A stretch of DNA of 63,752 bases, filler included, from Octopus bimaculoides (Eukaryota): the NCBI RefSeq assembly GCF_001194135.2. It is 5 parts of 5 records of this genome, joined end to end, with 100 filler letters (N's around TTAATTAATTAA, not from the genome) between each part and the next. Parts side by side here need not be neighbours in the genome. Positions count along the whole stretch, not along the records: positions 17,072 to 44,608 come from NC_068996.1; positions 44,709 to 60,723 come from NC_068986.1; 3 more parts are not named here. One strand, given 5' to 3'. Position numbers and translations under genes: made by a program. Shown here piece after piece: positions 36,873 to 48,260 of this stretch. Every line of letters begins with the position of its first letter. Position 1 is the first letter of the stretch. Below the pieces are notes generated by a model that saw only the letters and a program-made list of their open reading frames with translations, did no database searches and had not been told where the DNA came from.

Positions 36873-37200
36873 GACATTGCACAGTATCCAATATTGTGAT
36901 GTTGATTGAAGATATTGTGTCTACCGGAAGTTTGTACTGTTTGTCAAGTCACAAGAACCTCAGACAAACAATACTTTACGCAATATGCATGCAGTTCCAA
37001 GTAGTGCCAACTTTAGAAATACACCTACATTGTAGGGCATTTCTAAAGTTTCTATCTGCTTCTTCAGTTTGGGTGGTATTGAACCCAATGTTCCAATGGC
37101 AACAGGAACAACCTTTATGTTTGACTCTCATAGCTGCCACATTTTGGCATTCTCAATTCTCAGGCCTCCATATTTATCAATATTTTCTGCTTCTTCTTAT
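36870..37200 (-). mobile_element. R4/Dong-clade LINE (restriction-like endonuclease) 3' end, copy 1
   Basis: ENIDKYGGLRIENAKMWQL*ESNIKVVPVAIGTLGSIP...ALLGTACILRKVL; (TAA)n tail. Confidence 0.75.
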
Positions 37201-37254
37201 TATTATTGTTGTTGTTGTTGTTGTTGTTGTTATCATCATTATTATTATTACTAT

Positions 37255-37980
37255 TGAAGACATCACACAGTATCCAATATTGTGATGTTGTAGATTGAAG
37301 ATACTGTGTCTACAAGAGGCTTGTACTGTTTGTCAAGTCACAACTAGGACCTCAGCAGACAGTTCTTTATGCAATATGTGTGCAGTTCCAAGTAATTCAC
37401 CTAGATTGTAGGCTAATTATAAAGTTTCCAGATGTTCCTTCAGGTTGGATGGTATTGAATTCAGTGCTCCGATGACAACAGGAACAACCTTTATGTTTGA
37501 TTCTCACAGCTGCTACATTTTGGCAATTTCCATTCTCAGGTCTCCATATTTACCAGTCTTTACTCTTTCTTTCATAATATGTTGATCTCCTGGTTCTGCC
37601 ACATCAATTATTAAGCACTGTTGTTTGTCCCTCCCAAAGGTTATTACATCTGGCCTTCAGTGCTCTAACACTTTGTCTGTCTGGAAGTCAAAGTCTCAGA
37701 GGATCTTTGCCTCCTCATTTTCATCCATTACCTTTCCTGCTGTATGTTGGCATCAAGCACCTGTTATCTCGTATCCATACTTCCGGTATAGTAGCCAGTG
37801 GAGGTTTTGAGCTTCTTTGTCATGTCTGTGCTTGTACTCTTTCTGCACAAGACTTTCACAAGCACTAACAATGTGAATCACGTTTTTGACCTTCTTCCCA
37901 AACATTCTGCAGAGGTTTGTTGCATTTGTGCAGTATATATCCTTTTTCACTGAGTTTGTTTGTATTCAATGCCTGGTCTT
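37255..37980 (-). mobile_element. R4/Dong-clade LINE 3' end, copy 2 (CCHC + RLE region)
   Basis: CRMFGKKVKNVIHIVSACESLVQKEYKHRHDKEAQNLHWLL.RKYG...KILWDFDFQTD, then the same C-terminus as copy 1. Confidence 0.85.
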
Positions 37981-37994
37981 GGGCAGCACAATTA

Positions 37995-38490
37995 ATAAGC
38001 TTGGTAGCAAGCTGACGGAATCATTAGCACACCAGGTGAAATGCTCACTGGCATTTCATCCACCTTCATGTTTTGATTTCAAATTCCACCAAGGTCAACT
38101 TTGCTTTCATTCTTTAAGGGTCAATAAAATATGTACCAGTTGAGTACTGGGGTCGATGTAATTGTCTATCTCACTCCTCCAAATTTCAGATCTCGTTCCT
38201 TTAGAAGAAGGGATCATTTGTATTATTACTGTTCTTGTCATTAGTATTGTTAATAACATTGCCATTATTATCATTAATTAAGGTGGCGAACTGGCAGAAT
38301 CGTTAGCACGCTGGATGAAATGCTTAGAGGTGTTTTGCCCATCACTACGTTCTGAGTTCAAATTCCACTGAGGTCAACTTTGCCTTTCATCCTTTTGGGG
38401 TCAATAAATTAAGAATCAGTTGCATACTAGGGTCGATCTAATCAACTGGCATCCTCCCCCAAAATTTCAGGCCTTATGCCTATAGTAGAA
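37995..38490 (+). mobile_element. Two tandem SINE family B copies (37995-38215, 38278-38490)
   Basis: CTGGCAGAATCGTTAGCAC head, GAGTTCAAATTCCAC B-box and family B body, twice. Confidence 0.85.
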
Positions 38491-38605
38491 AGGATTATTG
38501 TTGTTGATTTTGTCATGGTATGATTTCATTTAACCTTCATTTCTAAAATGGCTCCAGTACAAATTGAAAATCAAACATTTTATTTATATTTTTTTTTTTT
38601 TGCAG

Positions 38606-38948
38606 TTTGTAGCCCACCCACACTGCCAGCAACTTTTAACTTCAATATGGTACGAAGGTCTTCCAGGATGGAGAAAAAGGAATGGTTTCACAAAATTACT
38701 GATGTGCATCGGCCTCATACTGCTGTTACCATTTATGGCAGTTTACTATTGGATTTTTCCACGGAGTAAAATTGGACAAATTCTCCGTAGTCCTTTCATG
38801 AAATTTTTATATCACAGTGCATCATTTGGTGCATTTCTGTCGCTATTAGTTTGTGCATCAACAGACATTAGCAGCAAACCTGGCCGAGAAAGATTGCGAA
38901 GTCCTCCGCCATCAGTTTTGGAATGGCTAATTGTTTTTTGGGTCACAG
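38606..38948 (+). CDS. TRPC: TRPC-family channel, second coding exon (pre-S1 elbow, S1, start of S2)
   Basis: Acceptor T15-GCAG ends at 38605; FVAHPHCQQLLTSIWYEGLPGW directly continues KYEQKQ of exon A; SPFMKFLYHSAS and PPPSVLEWLIVFWVTG; donor G|GTCAGT after 38948 (phase 1). Confidence 0.95.
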
Positions 38949-38999
38949 GTCAGTAAGATTTCATTGTTCATTTGTTATTTTTATGTTGCTGTGTTTTTG

Positions 39000-39335
39000 T
39001 TTTTTTTTTCCTTCTGCTCTACTCTCTGCTCTTGCTCAACTGAGCTGGGGTCATTCAAGGTAAGTGGTTCCAAAGGCATCATCATGTGTAGGGCTGACCA
39101 GGTCTACTAGTGCCCCACTCCAGCCCTCACCTCCATCACAAGCAGTCCTGTGCCAGCTCTTCTGTATCTTCCAAGGTGACATCAAGCCTCCGGAGATCTT
39201 CCTTAATCACATCCAACCATCTGATGCAGAGCCTGCTACAAGGCCTCTTCCATTCTCCAAGCTGCTGCATCAAACAGGAGCAAGGCCCAGGTAGGATGAC
39301 CTTACAGGAGAAGCAGAGGACATGTCCATACAAAC
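39000..39335 (-). mobile_element. RTE-clade LINE 3' fragment, antisense to TRPC
   Basis: YGHV...EWKRPCSRLCIRWLDVIKEDLRRLDVTLEDTEELAQDCL*W, followed by a 3' UTR and A-rich tail ending near 38995. Confidence 0.75.
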
Positions 39336-39564
39336 ATGTTATTAATGTCTTATATTGACTTATTTATTTGCTTGGATACTTGTATTTTGCAATCTATTTT
39401 TGTTTGTTCTTCCATACTATTTCACACTCTGGAAGCTCTAATTCAGAGAATTATGATATGCATAGTTAAAGACTTTCATGTGGACAATATTTTATTCATG
39501 CTGTTCCAGTACTCTAGTTTTATTACCCAAGGTGCACTACCATGCAGTCTTTATTTTGTTCACA

Positions 39565-40000
39565 TTTTTACACACACATGTACACACACATGTATACACA
39601 CACATACACATACATGTATATACACACATATGTACACACATATACATATATGCACAAAAACACGCATATGTGTACATACACACATGTACACACACAAAAT
39701 ACATGTCCACCAGTGTACACACATAAACACACGCACACATACATACACATACATGTACATGCACACATATACTCATGTACACAAAAACACACATATGTGT
39801 ACACACACACATGTATGCATACACACACAAAATACATGTCCACCAGTGTACACACACAAACACACACATATACACATGTACACAAAAACACACATATGTG
39901 TACGTACACACATGTACACATACACAGGTACATACACAAAATACCAGTGTACACACACATGTACACACACAAACACATGCACACACATAGAAACACAAAG
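39565..40000. repeat. CA/TA-derived low-complexity array with 2-3 higher-order copies
   Basis: AAAATACATGTCCACCAGTGTACACAC recurs at about 39697 and 39829, with a partial third copy near 39940. Confidence 0.85.
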
Positions 40001-40144
40001 CTCATACAAGCACACTGGTACATGATTATGTTTTAATATATATTTGTGTTTTTGTGTGATTTTTCTTTTGAAATGCCTTAAATCCTCCAATGAAGAAAGT
40101 GTTGTATCCTATATGAAACAAGTCCCTAACATTTGAAATGGTTT

Positions 40145-40280
40145 CTAATTTTAGCACAAGGCCAGCAGTTTTAGGGGAGGGAAGTTAAGTCGATTACATC
40201 AAGCCCCAGTGTATAACTGGTATTTATTTTATTGACCCTGGAAAAATGAAAGAGAAAGTCAACCTCAGTGGCATTTGACC
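40145..40280 (-). mobile_element. SINE family B, partial
   Basis: Reverse complement aligns with 38355-38490. Confidence 0.75.
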
Positions 40281-40371
40281 CAATGGAAATAAAATAGCAA
40301 TATTAAAATTTTAGATGCTGAATTTTAGAAAAGTTTTGCATATGCTTACTATTCCATGCACAAATTAAATT

Positions 40372-40922
40372 TATGGTTGTGTGGTGAGTAGCTTGCTTAC
40401 CAACCACATGGTTCCGGGTTCAGTCCCATTGTGTGGCACCTTGGGTAAGAGTCTTCTACTATAGCCTCTGGCCGACCNNNNNNNNNNCTTGGGTAAGAGT
40501 CTTCTACTATAGCCTCTGGCCGACCAAAGCCTTGTGAGTGGATTTGGTAGACGGAAACTGAAAGAAGCCCGTCATATATATGTGTATGTGTATATATATA
40601 TTTATATATATATGTATGTGTGTGTACGTGTTTGTGTGTCTGTGTTTGTCCCCCAAACATCGCTTGACAGCTGATGCTGGTGTGTTAACGTCTCTGTAAC
40701 TTAGCGGTTCTGCAAAAGAGACTGATAGAATAAGTACTAGGCTTACAAAGAATAAGTCCTGGGTCGATNNNNNNNNNNTAGCGGTTCTGCAAAAGAGACT
40801 GATAGAATAAGTACTAGGCTTACAAAGAATAAGTCCTGGGTCGATTTGCTCGACTAAAGGCGGTGCTCCAGTATGGCCACAGTCAAATGACTGAAACAAG
40901 TAAAAGAGTAAAAGAGTAAAAA
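40372..40922 (+). mobile_element. SINE family A, near full length
   Basis: GGTTCCGGGTTCAGTCCC B-box, body and GTAAAAGA tail; two 10-N gaps with duplicated flanks. Confidence 0.85.
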
Positions 40923-41089
40923 ATGTGTTCATCATCATCATCATGATCATCATCATTCATTATTTAATGTCTGTTTTCCATACTGGCATGGGTTGGTCAG
41001 TTTGACAAGAGTGGCTCCATAGTCTGATTTGGCCTCGTTCCTATGGTTGGATATCCTTCCTCATGCCAACCACTTTACAGAGGGGGCTA

Positions 41090-42250
41090 GGTGCTTTTCA
41101 CATGGCACCAGTGCCAGTATTTTTTTATATGGCACCATCACCAGTGCTGTTTACATGACACCAACACAAATGGATTTTTGCATAGCACCAACAAGAAGTA
41201 CTTTTTATGTTGCATCAGCACCAGTGCATTTTATGTTGCAATAACACCACTGCTTTTCACATGGCACCAGTGCCAGTATTTTTACATGGCGTCATCATCC
41301 GTGCATTTTAAAGTGCACAAACATCAATGCTTCTTATATAGCACCAACATGAATTGTTTTATGTTGCATCATCACCAATGCATTTTACAGTGCACCAACA
41401 TCAATTCTTTTTACATAGCACTGACAAATGCTTTTTTATGCTGCATCATCACCGATGCATTTTACGGTGCACCAACATCAAGGTTTTTTACATGACACCA
41501 GCATGAAATGTTTTATATGCTGCATCATCACCGATGCATTTTACAGTGCACCAACATCAACGCTTTTTACATGGCACCAACATGAAATGTTTTTTTATGT
41601 TGCATCAGCACCAATGCATTTTACGGTGCACCAACATCAATTCTTTCTACATGGCACCAACATAAAATGCTTTTTACGTTGCATCAGCAACGATGCATTT
41701 TACATTGCACCAACATCAATGCTTTTTACATGCTAGCAACATGAAATGTTTTTTATGCTGCATCATCACCGATGCATTTTACAGTTCACCAACATCAATG
41801 CTTTTTACATGACACCAGCATGAAATGCTTTTATGTTGCATCAGCACAAATGATGTACCAACATCAAATGATGTACCAACATCAAATGATGTACCAACAT
41901 CAATGCATTTTACATGGCACCAATATAAAAAAAATTTTATGTTGCATCATCAGCGATACATTTTACATTGCACTAACATCAATGCTTTTTACATGGCACC
42001 AACAAATGCATTTTATGCTACATCATCACCGATGCATTTCATGGTGCACCAACATCAATGCTTTTTACATGGCACTGACAAGTGCTTCTTTATGTTGCAT
42101 CAGCACCAATGCATTTTACAGTGCACCAACATCAATGCTTTTTACCTACATGAAATGCTTTTTATGGTGCACCATCACCAGTGCATTTTATGTCACACCA
42201 GCACCAGTGCTTTTTATATACCGCCAGTTTCAGTGCTTTTTATAGAGCAC
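41090..42250. repeat. About 1.15 kb minisatellite, 21-27 bp units (TGCACCAACATCAATGC[A/T]TTTTAC...)
   Basis: Dozens of variant units inside a retroposon whose 3' end lies at 40930-41090. Confidence 0.9.
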
Positions 42251-43563
42251 CACCACCAAGGAGGTTAGACAGTAATTTTGTTTGCCTGAGAACCGTAGAT
42301 TTCCAAGATTACCACTACTAGTTATCATCTCTTCCTCCTACCTGACCCACTCTTATTTCTTTTACCTTTTCCCCCAAACACGTTGGCCATTCACTGCATC
42401 ACTTGTGTCCCTATATTCCCTACAATTAACAATCACCCTAGTCAATCTCTTGTCCCTTTGTCTCTTTCTTCCTCACCTATTTTTCTGTCCCTGCCCACCT
42501 CAAGGGATGCCCTGACATATCATCATCATCATCATCTCTCCTTTTCCAGCTACGAGTAGTCATGTATCTTCTCTGCAGCAAGACACCTGTTCTTATTCCT
42601 CTACCATACTCTTGCATAGCCCACCTCCCTCAGTACTACCGACTCTCAGTTAAGGAGGAAGAGTCATGTCTTACAAGTTACTTGATAATCTCACTAGTAG
42701 CAGTGGCAAAAAAGTTTTAAAAAAATAAATTAAAAAAGAATAAAAGCTAAAAACACCCAGCACATTCTACAAAATGGTTGGCATCAGGAAGATCATCCAA
42801 CCATAGAAACTGTGCCAAAACAAACACTGAAATCTGACACAGCTCTCTGACCTGTTGCAGCCTGTCAAACCATCCAACCAATGTCAGCATTGAATACAAA
42901 TAATGATGATGATGATAATAATGATGATGATGATGATGATGTTGGGGGAGGAGAGCTAATTCCCTAATGGTTATTGGTACAAATGTAAATTATAGACTGC
43001 CAAGAGATGTTGTTGTAGATTTCAAATCTGTTCCTTATAACTGTTTCGTTTTCCATCTATTATTAATGAAATGATCACATCTACTGGGCAGCTGACCAAC
43101 AAAACGGTACATAATCTTCTTGCTTTTGTCCCAGACAACTACATTAGGTTTTTGTTGTGTTTGCATTTGACAGAAATTTTGTTGTGTTTTGCAATTGATG
43201 GAAAATTTCTCTAGTATCACCCTAAAGACCATTATTGAATCAATTTTCACTTCAAATGGTTGCTGGGGAAAGATGGAGGCAGCATGTATGGATGGATAGA
43301 CAAACAATTAGAATGGAAGATTGCAAAGAAGCAGGCATAAACAGAAAAGTAGAGAAGAAAATACGATACATCTTTTTTATTCATTTTTACTCTTTTACTG
43401 TTTACAATCATTTGATTGTAGCCATGCTTGGGCATCGCCTTCAAGACATTTTTAGATAATTATACTGATCTCAACCCTTGCTTTTTTTTTTACACTTATT
43501 TTATCAATTGGATCAATAAGTTACATTTTTTTATAAGAAAGATATAAGTATGCACCAGTTTCT

Positions 43564-43796
43564 TATTTCTTTATTGCCCACAGGGGGCTAAACATAGAGG
43601 GGACAAACAAGGACAGACAAAGGGGTCAAGTCGATTACATCGACCCCAGCGCGTAACTGGTACTTAATTTATCGACCCCTGAAAGGATGAAAGGCAAAGT
43701 TGACCTCGGCAGAATTTGAACTCAGAACGTAACGGCAGACGAAATACCGCTAAGCATTTCGCCCGGTGTGGTAACATTTCTGCCAGCTCGCCGCCT
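43564..43796 (-). mobile_element. SINE family B, young full-length copy
   Basis: Intact head and CpGs; 19-bp TSD TAAGTATGCACCAGTTTCT at 43545-43563 and 43797-43815. Confidence 0.92.
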
Positions 43797-44116
43797 TAAG
43801 TATGCACCAGTTTCTACTCATTTTCATCATCATCCAGTGTTTTAAATCCGGGTTCTGTCCCCGTTAACAGAAGTGGCCAGATCTACTTCAATGCCATTAC
43901 AACTGAGGCAGGTAGGTGCAATCCACCCCAACCTTTACGCTGGCTAGCTGGTGCTCATTCTCCCTTGCTATCATGGGGCTTTTTTGGAGAGATGCCAGGA
44001 ATGTCTGGGTATTTATTATCAAGCTTACAGTACTTTAAAGCAACTCTTAGTTGTTGTATGTTGGTAGTATACACTAGTAGTATACACACACACATATCAG
44101 TTTATATGTATAAATA

Positions 44117-44277
44117 CAGTAATCCCTCACCTTATTTTGGTTCACTTATCAAGCACTTGGAACCTTCAGTATATCACAGGTTTCTGTGGCTGATAGATGT
44201 TTATAATTTTTTTAGATTTTACTTATTTCTGTGGGAGGTTTTGGAACATAACGCCCGCGATAATTGAGGGATTACTG
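44117..44277. mobile_element. Tc1/mariner-pogo (Tigger-like) MITE
   Basis: TIR CAGTAATCCCTC / GAGGGATTACTG with TA on both sides. Confidence 0.85.
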
Positions 44278-44384
44278 TACACACATAGACATATACCTAT
44301 GTACATAGGTATTAAATTCAATACAAATCATAGATCCAACCCAGAGCTGGTTTCTGCAAACTTTGAACCCCACTTGTGTTCTTC

Positions 44385-44427
<43 letters not shown>

Positions 44428-44448
44428 CAAAAATATATACATATATGT

Positions 44449-44608
44449 AGGCGCAGGAGAGGCTGTGTGGTAAGTAGCTTGCTTACAAACCACATGGTTC
44501 CGGGTTCAGTCCCACTGCATGGCACCTTGGGCAAGTGTCTTCTACTATAGCCTCGGGCCGACCAAAGCCTTGTGAGTGGATTTGGTAGATGGAAACTGAA
44601 AGAAGCCC
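44449..44608 (+). mobile_element. SINE family A, 5' half (runs into gap)
   Basis: AGGCGCAGGAGAGGCTGTGTGGTAAG...GGTTCAGTCCC head. Confidence 0.85.
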
Positions 44609-44708
44609 NNNNNNNNNNNNNNNNNNNNNNNNNNNNNNNNNNNNNNNNNNNNTTAATTAATTAANNNNNNNNNNNNNNNNNNNNNNNNNNNNNNNNNNNN
44701 NNNNNNNN

Positions 44709-44766
<58 letters not shown>

Positions 44767-45039
44767 CGATTCTAAGTTTTGCCACTGGTTAGAATATGAT
44801 TTGCTGAGGCTGAGGATGTCTAATGAGAGAGAAAATGTCAGTCGCTTTCAACAGTTGTCATTATGAGAAAAGACATTCTAATCTACATCAATTTCACAAT
44901 TAGATTTTAAACCCTCACTGAAGGAGATTTTGTGTGCTATTTCCAGCTAAAACCAGCTAATTGTGGTTTTGTTATATTTCGGTACATTACATATATGAGG
45001 GTCCTCCGCACTCCCTCTCTGTATCTATCTGTCTGTCTA

Positions 45040-45098
<59 letters not shown>

Positions 45099-46466
45099 GT
45101 GTGTTTTTGTGTGTGTGTGTGTGTGTGTTTGTGTGTGCATATATATATGTGTGTTTGTGTGTGCATGTGTACACGTGTGTGTAGGTGAGTGTATATGTGC
45201 ATATGTGCGTGTGCATGTATTTTCATACAGAAAAATGAACAAATGCGCAAATGAGCATGCAAGCAGAAACCTGCACACGAACACACACGACGCACGCCCA
45301 CAGTCATTAAACAATCAATCGTAAAATGACTGATATCTTCTACCAAATAACACAGTTGCTGTTGTAGCAGCCTTTCGGTGAATGAATCCCGAAGAATGAA
45401 ACAAATGAATGACATACATAATAAAACAATGAATAAAATGGACTATCCATTATATAGAGATATATATCACACAGACATGCACACACATGCATGCGTGTAT
45501 TCATACATACATGCATACGTATATACAAAGTAATGACAATAATAACTGCAGCAAAAACGAGAACATCAAAACGATCTCCAGCATTTTGAATCATTGACAA
45601 GTTTTATATGGTCTAAATTATTAATTCATTTAAAGAGGAAATCGATGTGTATTTATGTGAATCTGATAAATCTTTCAGGTTTCTTAATATATTTGTCATT
45701 GTCATTGAAAAGGCGGAGACAGGCTCAGCAAGGCGGTTAACGACTGTTTGCATTAAAATTAAACTGACCGAAGCAGGCGACAAGGCTTTGGCGACACATT
45801 TACAAACAAAGCTCATACATCTTCCATTCTTAAAGAAATTTAAATAAAGTTCCAGAACGTTATGAAACATAATTACTAAAAACATGTTTTGTATTTATCG
45901 TTTGACGCTGTAAATTCCTGTTATTTGCTCATATATATGTATGCATGAATATATGTATTTATGTACCTTGCATACACACAGATAAATACAAACATACTTA
46001 TATACATGTATATAAATACATATACTCACGCACGCACACACGCGCGCGCACGAAAGTACGTGGCTTAGTGGCTGGGGTATCGGATTCATGATTGTAAAGT
46101 CGTTCATTCGATTCCCAGACAGAACAGCGGATCGTGCATTGTGTTCATGAGAAAGAGTTTCTTTTCACGTTGAATCACCCCAGTATGCTGAAAATGAGTA
46201 ACAGTAAGAGCTAGTCCTTTGCCCTGCTACAGGCTTACATCGCGTTGTGGGTCGTGAGAATATTGTCGCATATATCGCATACATACATGCACACATACAT
46301 ACATGAATGCACGCATATGCGCACACACTTACATAGAACCACATACACACACACATATTCAATAGCGAATTAAGAGTAGCACTAGTGTTGTGAACATTAT
46401 CGACCACACATGCTCAATGAGTGTGTTTTGTTTGTTCACCTGTTCGCTGAGGCATATCGTCTAGAA

Positions 46467-46763
46467 CAGGGGTTTTCAAACTGTGGTCCCCGGACCACAG
46501 GGGGCCCGCAAGGACAAGACAGGGGGTCCGTGGACAGCAAATACTTTTTATGGGCAATTTGATTTTATATATGTTTTATAATCGAAATCTTTTAATTGAC
46601 AATAAAACTATTTGTTAAATACTGTTAAATAAATAAATGTAAAAATATATGTTATTTTAAGCAAATATTTATGTATAAATTTCATAAGCGTTTATAAGGG
46701 GGTCCCTAAGGTAAAGCCTGAAATATAAAGGGGTCCGCAAGTCAAAAAGTTTAAAAACCCCTG
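46467..46763. mobile_element. hAT (Charlie-like) MITE
   Basis: TIR CAGGGGTTTTCAAAC / GTTTAAAAACCCCTG; perfect TSD GTCTAGAA at 46459-46466 and 46764-46771. Confidence 0.92.
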
Positions 46764-47157
46764 GTCTAGAAGATGACGCCCTCATTATGCTGGGTGTTGG
46801 AATACCTGAAAGTCATAGGAGCCCCCCACCCAGACGCTAGACGCAGCGAATAGGCGAACCAACAAAACATACATTGAGTGTGTGCGGTCAATGATAGGTG
46901 AATAAGGAATTTAAATGGTAAGGCACCGGATTGGGTCTAAATTAAAATGCATTCACAGCAATTATAGACAAATACAAACATTGGTACCGAGGTACTGGCA
47001 GAAAGATATTCAGGTTATGTATACGATTCACTGAAGCCAACTGAATATATCATCAACTCTTGGGTTAATTCAGAAACGCACATTATATTAAATATATAGT
47101 CGCAATACGCAAGGGGCAGATTTAGAGAGAGGTGGATCATAAATAAATAAATAAGAA

Positions 47158-47277
47158 ATGATGGATAGGTGTCAATTCATTACAACTGTTTCCAAAGATT
47201 TTTTATAATGATATAATGTACGTATTAATCAATTAAAAAATTCGTTGGAAAAAGCTGATTTGACACCTATCCACCGT
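47158..47277. repeat. About 120-bp imperfect palindrome
   Basis: Arms TGGATAGGTGTCAA / TTGACACCTATCCA, with further pairing to a central TACGTA. Confidence 0.75.
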
Positions 47278-47283
47278 TTGTTT

Positions 47284-47324
<41 letters not shown>

Positions 47325-47329
<5 letters not shown>

Positions 47330-48073
47330 GCGGTGAATAAACTGTCGATTAAATTACACAAAAATAGCACTGACAACTCATTTAAACAGATAAATATTTA
47401 CCAAAATTAAAATATCTTGAAATACTAAGGAGTAAATTTATTCAATAAAATCGCCATTGTCTTCGACCACAGCCTCCAGACGACTTTGGAATCTCTTGCA
47501 ACTCTTCTGGACTGTCTCTCTGTTTAAGCTGGTGAATGCTGCCATAATCCTTGCCTTCAGTTCATCTTTGGTGACTAGTTTCTTCTGCTGACGTAGCATA
47601 GTGCAGATTTCTGTTGCCAGAGATAGGGTCTTCCAGCAGCCACCCTCTTGACCCAGGGCAGCACTACTTCTTCCGGGCATTTGATGTAGGCTTCCGTGTT
47701 GAGTCTGAGGTCGTGTAGGAAGATGAATGTAGGCATAACGTCACCATCACTAGTGGTCACTCCAAACACCATAATGTTGACTGGATGTTTGATTTTTATT
47801 ACTCTCGGTACTTGTCCCCAGATGGCATTGACCTCAGATTGACACCCAAACACTCTGAAATATTCGTATTGGAGCTTCCAGTGCGAATGCTAAGCAGTGC
47901 AGCATATCGTTTCCAAATTTCTGGCTGAGTGAATTGCGTCATGGGGCTGTTTTTCTCACAGACGGTGCCCAGCTGACTCTATTATACTGTGTAGGCGACA
48001 AAGTTAAAAACAATCAATGCGCATGTGTGGAATTGAAAATATGGAATGTCAACAATTTACCCATTTCACTTTG

Positions 48074-48075
<2 letters not shown>
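47325..48075 (-). mobile_element. Internally deleted Tc1/mariner-superfamily element, maT/DD37D-like
   Basis: KHPVNIMVFGV.TSDGDVMP.FIF..LRLNTEAYIKC.EEVVLPWVKRVAAGRPYLWQQ joined to TKDELKARIMAAF...SCKRFQSRLEAVVEDNGDFIE*; weak TIRs. Confidence 0.75.
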
Positions 48076-48113
<38 letters not shown>

Positions 48114-48224
48114 AAACCAGTTACAGTAGGGAAAACACATATCAGCCATCTGTTTCCACTCTGTAATACACACACACGCACACGCGCGTGCACACACACA
48201 CACACAATCACACACACACACACG

Positions 48225-48260
<36 letters not shown>

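Noticed and set aside
38564-38605. Start of the 130-aa ORF in the track
   Set aside because: Intronic T-tract; homology begins at FVAHP after the AG at 38605.
41090-42250. CRISPR-like repeat-spacer array
   Set aside because: Units are contiguous variants of each other without unique spacers; eukaryotic context and no cas genes.
44449-44520. tRNA genes at A/B-box motifs (also 9055, 26790, 36140, 43730)
   Set aside because: They are SINE heads attached to repeat bodies and do not fold into complete cloverleaves.
45679-45740. CTTTCAG|GT acceptor as candidate third TRPC exon
   Set aside because: Reads GFLIYLSLSLKRRRQAQQGG*, with no TRPC S2/S3 similarity and an early stop.
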